Assembly: GCA_934140575.1 (NCBI GenBank)
Contig: CAKPBJ010000005.1
Location: 19,385 to 83,384, forward strand
Reading direction: 5' to 3'
Origin: an uncultured Bacilli bacterium
Lineage (GTDB): Bacteria > Bacillota_I > Bacilli_A > RF39 > UBA660
DNA length: 64,000 bases
Positions 62,064 through 64,000 of the stretch are shown here, in pieces. A program made the translations under genes and the position numbers. Numbering within the stretch: the stretch's first letter is position 1; each line of letters starts with the position of its first letter. Below the pieces are notes generated by a model, which did no database searches, had not been told where the DNA came from, and saw only the letters and a program-made list of their open reading frames with translations.

Positions 62064-62279
62064 ATGGAAACTGCATTATTAATTATTTCAGTATTATTAA
62101 TTATTATTGTTTTATTACAAAGTGCTAAAGCTGAAAGTGGTCCTCAAATTATTAGTGGTGGTCAGAGTGAACTTTTTTCTAATAGAAAAGAGAGAGGTTC
62201 TGAATTAGTTATAACTCGTATTACTATTTTATTAGGAGCTGCATTTTTTATAATATCTTTAGTATCTATGTTTATTTAG
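62064..62279 (+). CDS. secG: Preprotein translocase subunit SecG
   Basis: 71 aa with 2 TM segments and LLIIIVLLQSAKAESG. Lies upstream of rnr, as in Bacillus. Confidence 0.85.
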   Translation: METALLIISVLLIIIVLLQSAKAESGPQIISGGQSELFSNRKERGSELVITRITILLGAAFFIISLVSMFI

Positions 62280-62297
62280 GACTTCGGTCCTTTTTTA
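62278..62297 (+). terminator. Intrinsic terminator after secG
   Basis: aggac-ttcg-gtcct hairpin followed by T6. Confidence 0.8.
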
Positions 62298-62357
62298 TTT
62301 GTTATATAGAAAAAAATAAAGTATAATATATATAGATATAAAATAGAGGTGGTATTA

Positions 62358-64000
62358 ATGAGAGAAAGTATTATAAATGTTTTAAAGAATTCTGATAGAG
62401 CTCTTGATATTTATGAATTGCAAGATAGAGTTGGAGTTAATTCTGTTGAAGAGACTAAGGAATTCACTGAAGAACTTAGAAAACTTGAAGATGAAGTTGT
62501 TGTATATCATTCTAATAAAGATAAATATATGATGCTTGAGAATAGTCATTTAAGAAAAGGTGTAATGAGAGCCAATAAAAAAGGATTTGGTTTTGTAGAA
62601 GTAGAAGGACTAGATGATGATATTTATGTTTCTCAAGATAATATGAATGGTGCTATACATGATGATGTTGTTTTAGTTGAAATTACTAGTAAGATGAATA
62701 TAGATAGAATTGAAGGTAGAGTTCTTAAAATTATTGAAAGAAAAATACAAAAATATATTGGTCTTATGAAGTTTGATTCTAAGGGGATGGGACATGTTAT
62801 CCTTGATGATTCAAAAATTAAATTAAATATTCAAGTACCTAAAGAGAAGAGTTTAAATGCTGTTGATGGTCATAAAGTAGTTGTTGAAGTTGATAAGATG
62901 ATGAATCATAATGGTAGATGTGAAGGTCACGTATGTGAAATTATTGGACATGTTAATGATCCTGGAGTGGATATTTTATCTATTATTTATAAATATAATA
63001 TTAATGTTGATTTCCCAGATGAGGTTAAAAGTCAAGTTGCATCTATGCCTATGGAAGTTTATGAAAGTGATTTAAAAGGAAGAAGAGATTTACGTGATCA
63101 AGTAATATTTACAATAGATGGTGATGATACTAAAGATATAGATGATGCTATTAGTATTGAAAAATTATCTAATGGTCATTATAGATTAGGTGTACATATT
63201 GCTGATGTATCATATTATGTTAAAGAAGGTAGTCCTTTAGATACTGAGGCAATGGACAGAGGAACTAGTGTTTATTTAGTTGATAGAGTAATTCCTATGT
63301 TACCTCATGAATTATCTAATGGTATTTGTTCATTGAATCCTAATGTTGATCGATTAGCTATGTCATGTGTTATGGAATTTAATAGCGAAGGTAAGCAACT
63401 TGATTATGAAATTTTTCCAAGTGTTATAAGATCTAGAATCCAAATGACTTATAAAAAGGTTAATAGTATTCTTGAGAAGAATATTATTCCTGAAGGTTAT
63501 GAAGATTTTGCAGATGATTTAAGAACTATGGAAGAGTTAGCTGAAATTTTACGTAAAGCAAAAGTTAAGCGTGGTTATATTGATTTTGGTGTTGAAGAAG
63601 CTAAGATTTTAGTTGATGAGAATTGTGTTCCTACTGATGTTGTATTAAGAGAAAGAGGTATGGGAGAAAATTTAATTGAGGACTTTATGATTGCGGCTAA
63701 TGAGTGTGTTGCTACACATATTTATTTTATGAATTTACCATTTATTTATCGTGTTCATGAATATCCTAAGGAAGAAAAAATCAGAAGCTTTTTAGGGTTT
63801 GTTAGTAGTTTAGGTTATCAAGTTAATGGTAATATAAAAGATGTTAAACCTACTACTATGCAAGCAATATTAAAACAATTACAAGATAAACCTGAGTACA
63901 AAATATTATCAAGTTTATTATTAAGAAGTATGCAAAAAGCTGTATATAAGCCTGAAAATTTAGGACATTATGGTTTAGCAAGTAAGTGTTATACTCACTT
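62358..64000 (+). CDS. rnr: Ribonuclease R, N-terminal ~547 aa (3' end beyond window)
   Basis: Hand translation from the ATG at 62358 (after AGAGGTGG) gives MRESIINVLK...KKGFGFVEV...IFTIDGDDTKDIDDAISIEKL (RNB domain). The frame is open to the window end. Confidence 0.9.
   Translation, partial: MRESIINVLKNSDRALDIYELQDRVGVNSVEETKEFTEELRKLEDEVVVYHSNKDKYMMLENSHLRKGVMRANKKGFGFVEVEGLDDDIYVSQDNMNGAIHDDVVLVEITSKMNIDRIEGRVLKIIERKIQKYIGLMKFDSKGMGHVILDDSKIKLNIQVPKEKSLNAVDGHKVVVEVDKMMNHNGRCEGHVCEIIGHVNDPGVDILSIIYKYNINVDFPDEVKSQVASMPMEVYESDLKGRRDLRDQVIFTIDGDDTKDIDDAISIEKLSNGHYRLGVHIADVSYYVKEGSPLDTEAMDRGTSVYLVDRVIPMLPHELSNGICSLNPNVDRLAMSCVMEFNSEGKQLDYEIFPSVIRSRIQMTYKKVNSILEKNIIPEGYEDFADDLRTMEELAEILRKAKVKRGYIDFGVEEAKILVDENCVPTDVVLRERGMGENLIEDFMIAANECVATHIYFMNLPFIYRVHEYPKEEKIRSFLGFVSSLGYQVNGNIKDVKPTTMQAILKQLQDKPEYKILSSLLLRSMQKAVYKPENLGHYGLASKCYTH

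Overview
AT-rich, code-11 (TGA is a stop), origin-proximal chromosome segment of a low-GC Firmicute that carries sporulation genes (bofA, yabG, spoVG, yabP, yabQ, sigH). Taxonomy beyond that cannot be determined from the sequence alone. Every gene but one is on the + strand. The order follows the conserved Bacillus/Clostridium backbone: gyrB-gyrA, SRP RNA, tadA-dnaX-ybaB-recR-bofA-holB-yaaT-yabB-rsmI, pth-mfd, metG (T-box)-tatD, ksgA-yabG-veg-spoVG-yabP-yabQ-divIC-tilS-ftsH, mscL, dusB-lysS, clpC-like-cysS-mrnC-rlmB-sigH, secE-nusG-rplKAJL, rpoBC, rpsL-rpsG-fusA-tuf, eno, proS (T-box), secG, rnr. No transposase, prophage, CRISPR, tRNA or rRNA genes were seen. The most unusual feature is the 1.26 kb non-coding gap after gyrA (3958-5215). 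It holds a repeat array of consensus parS sites (TGTTTCACGTGAAACA), each followed within 0-2 bp by a DnaA box (TTATCCACA). Three of these parS sites are preceded at a fixed 19-20 bp by a consensus Noc-binding site (TATTTCCCGGGAAATA), and part of the array is a ~414 bp tandem duplication. Other departures from the backbone: (a) two paralogous anchored proteins plus a SipW-type signal peptidase between tatD and ksgA; (b) a 1.5 kb insertion between rplL and the ybxB-like methyltransferase, with two promoter-to-terminator non-coding units and a pair of small WXG100-like helical proteins; (c) LysRS carrying the tRNA-binding domain usually found on MetRS, while MetRS lacks it; (d) a ClpC-like protein with a degenerate second ATPase module; (e) a tail-anchored protein with a degenerate kinase-like motif next to sigH. 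All calls come from reading the sequence and from motif recall. No database searches or folding computations were run.
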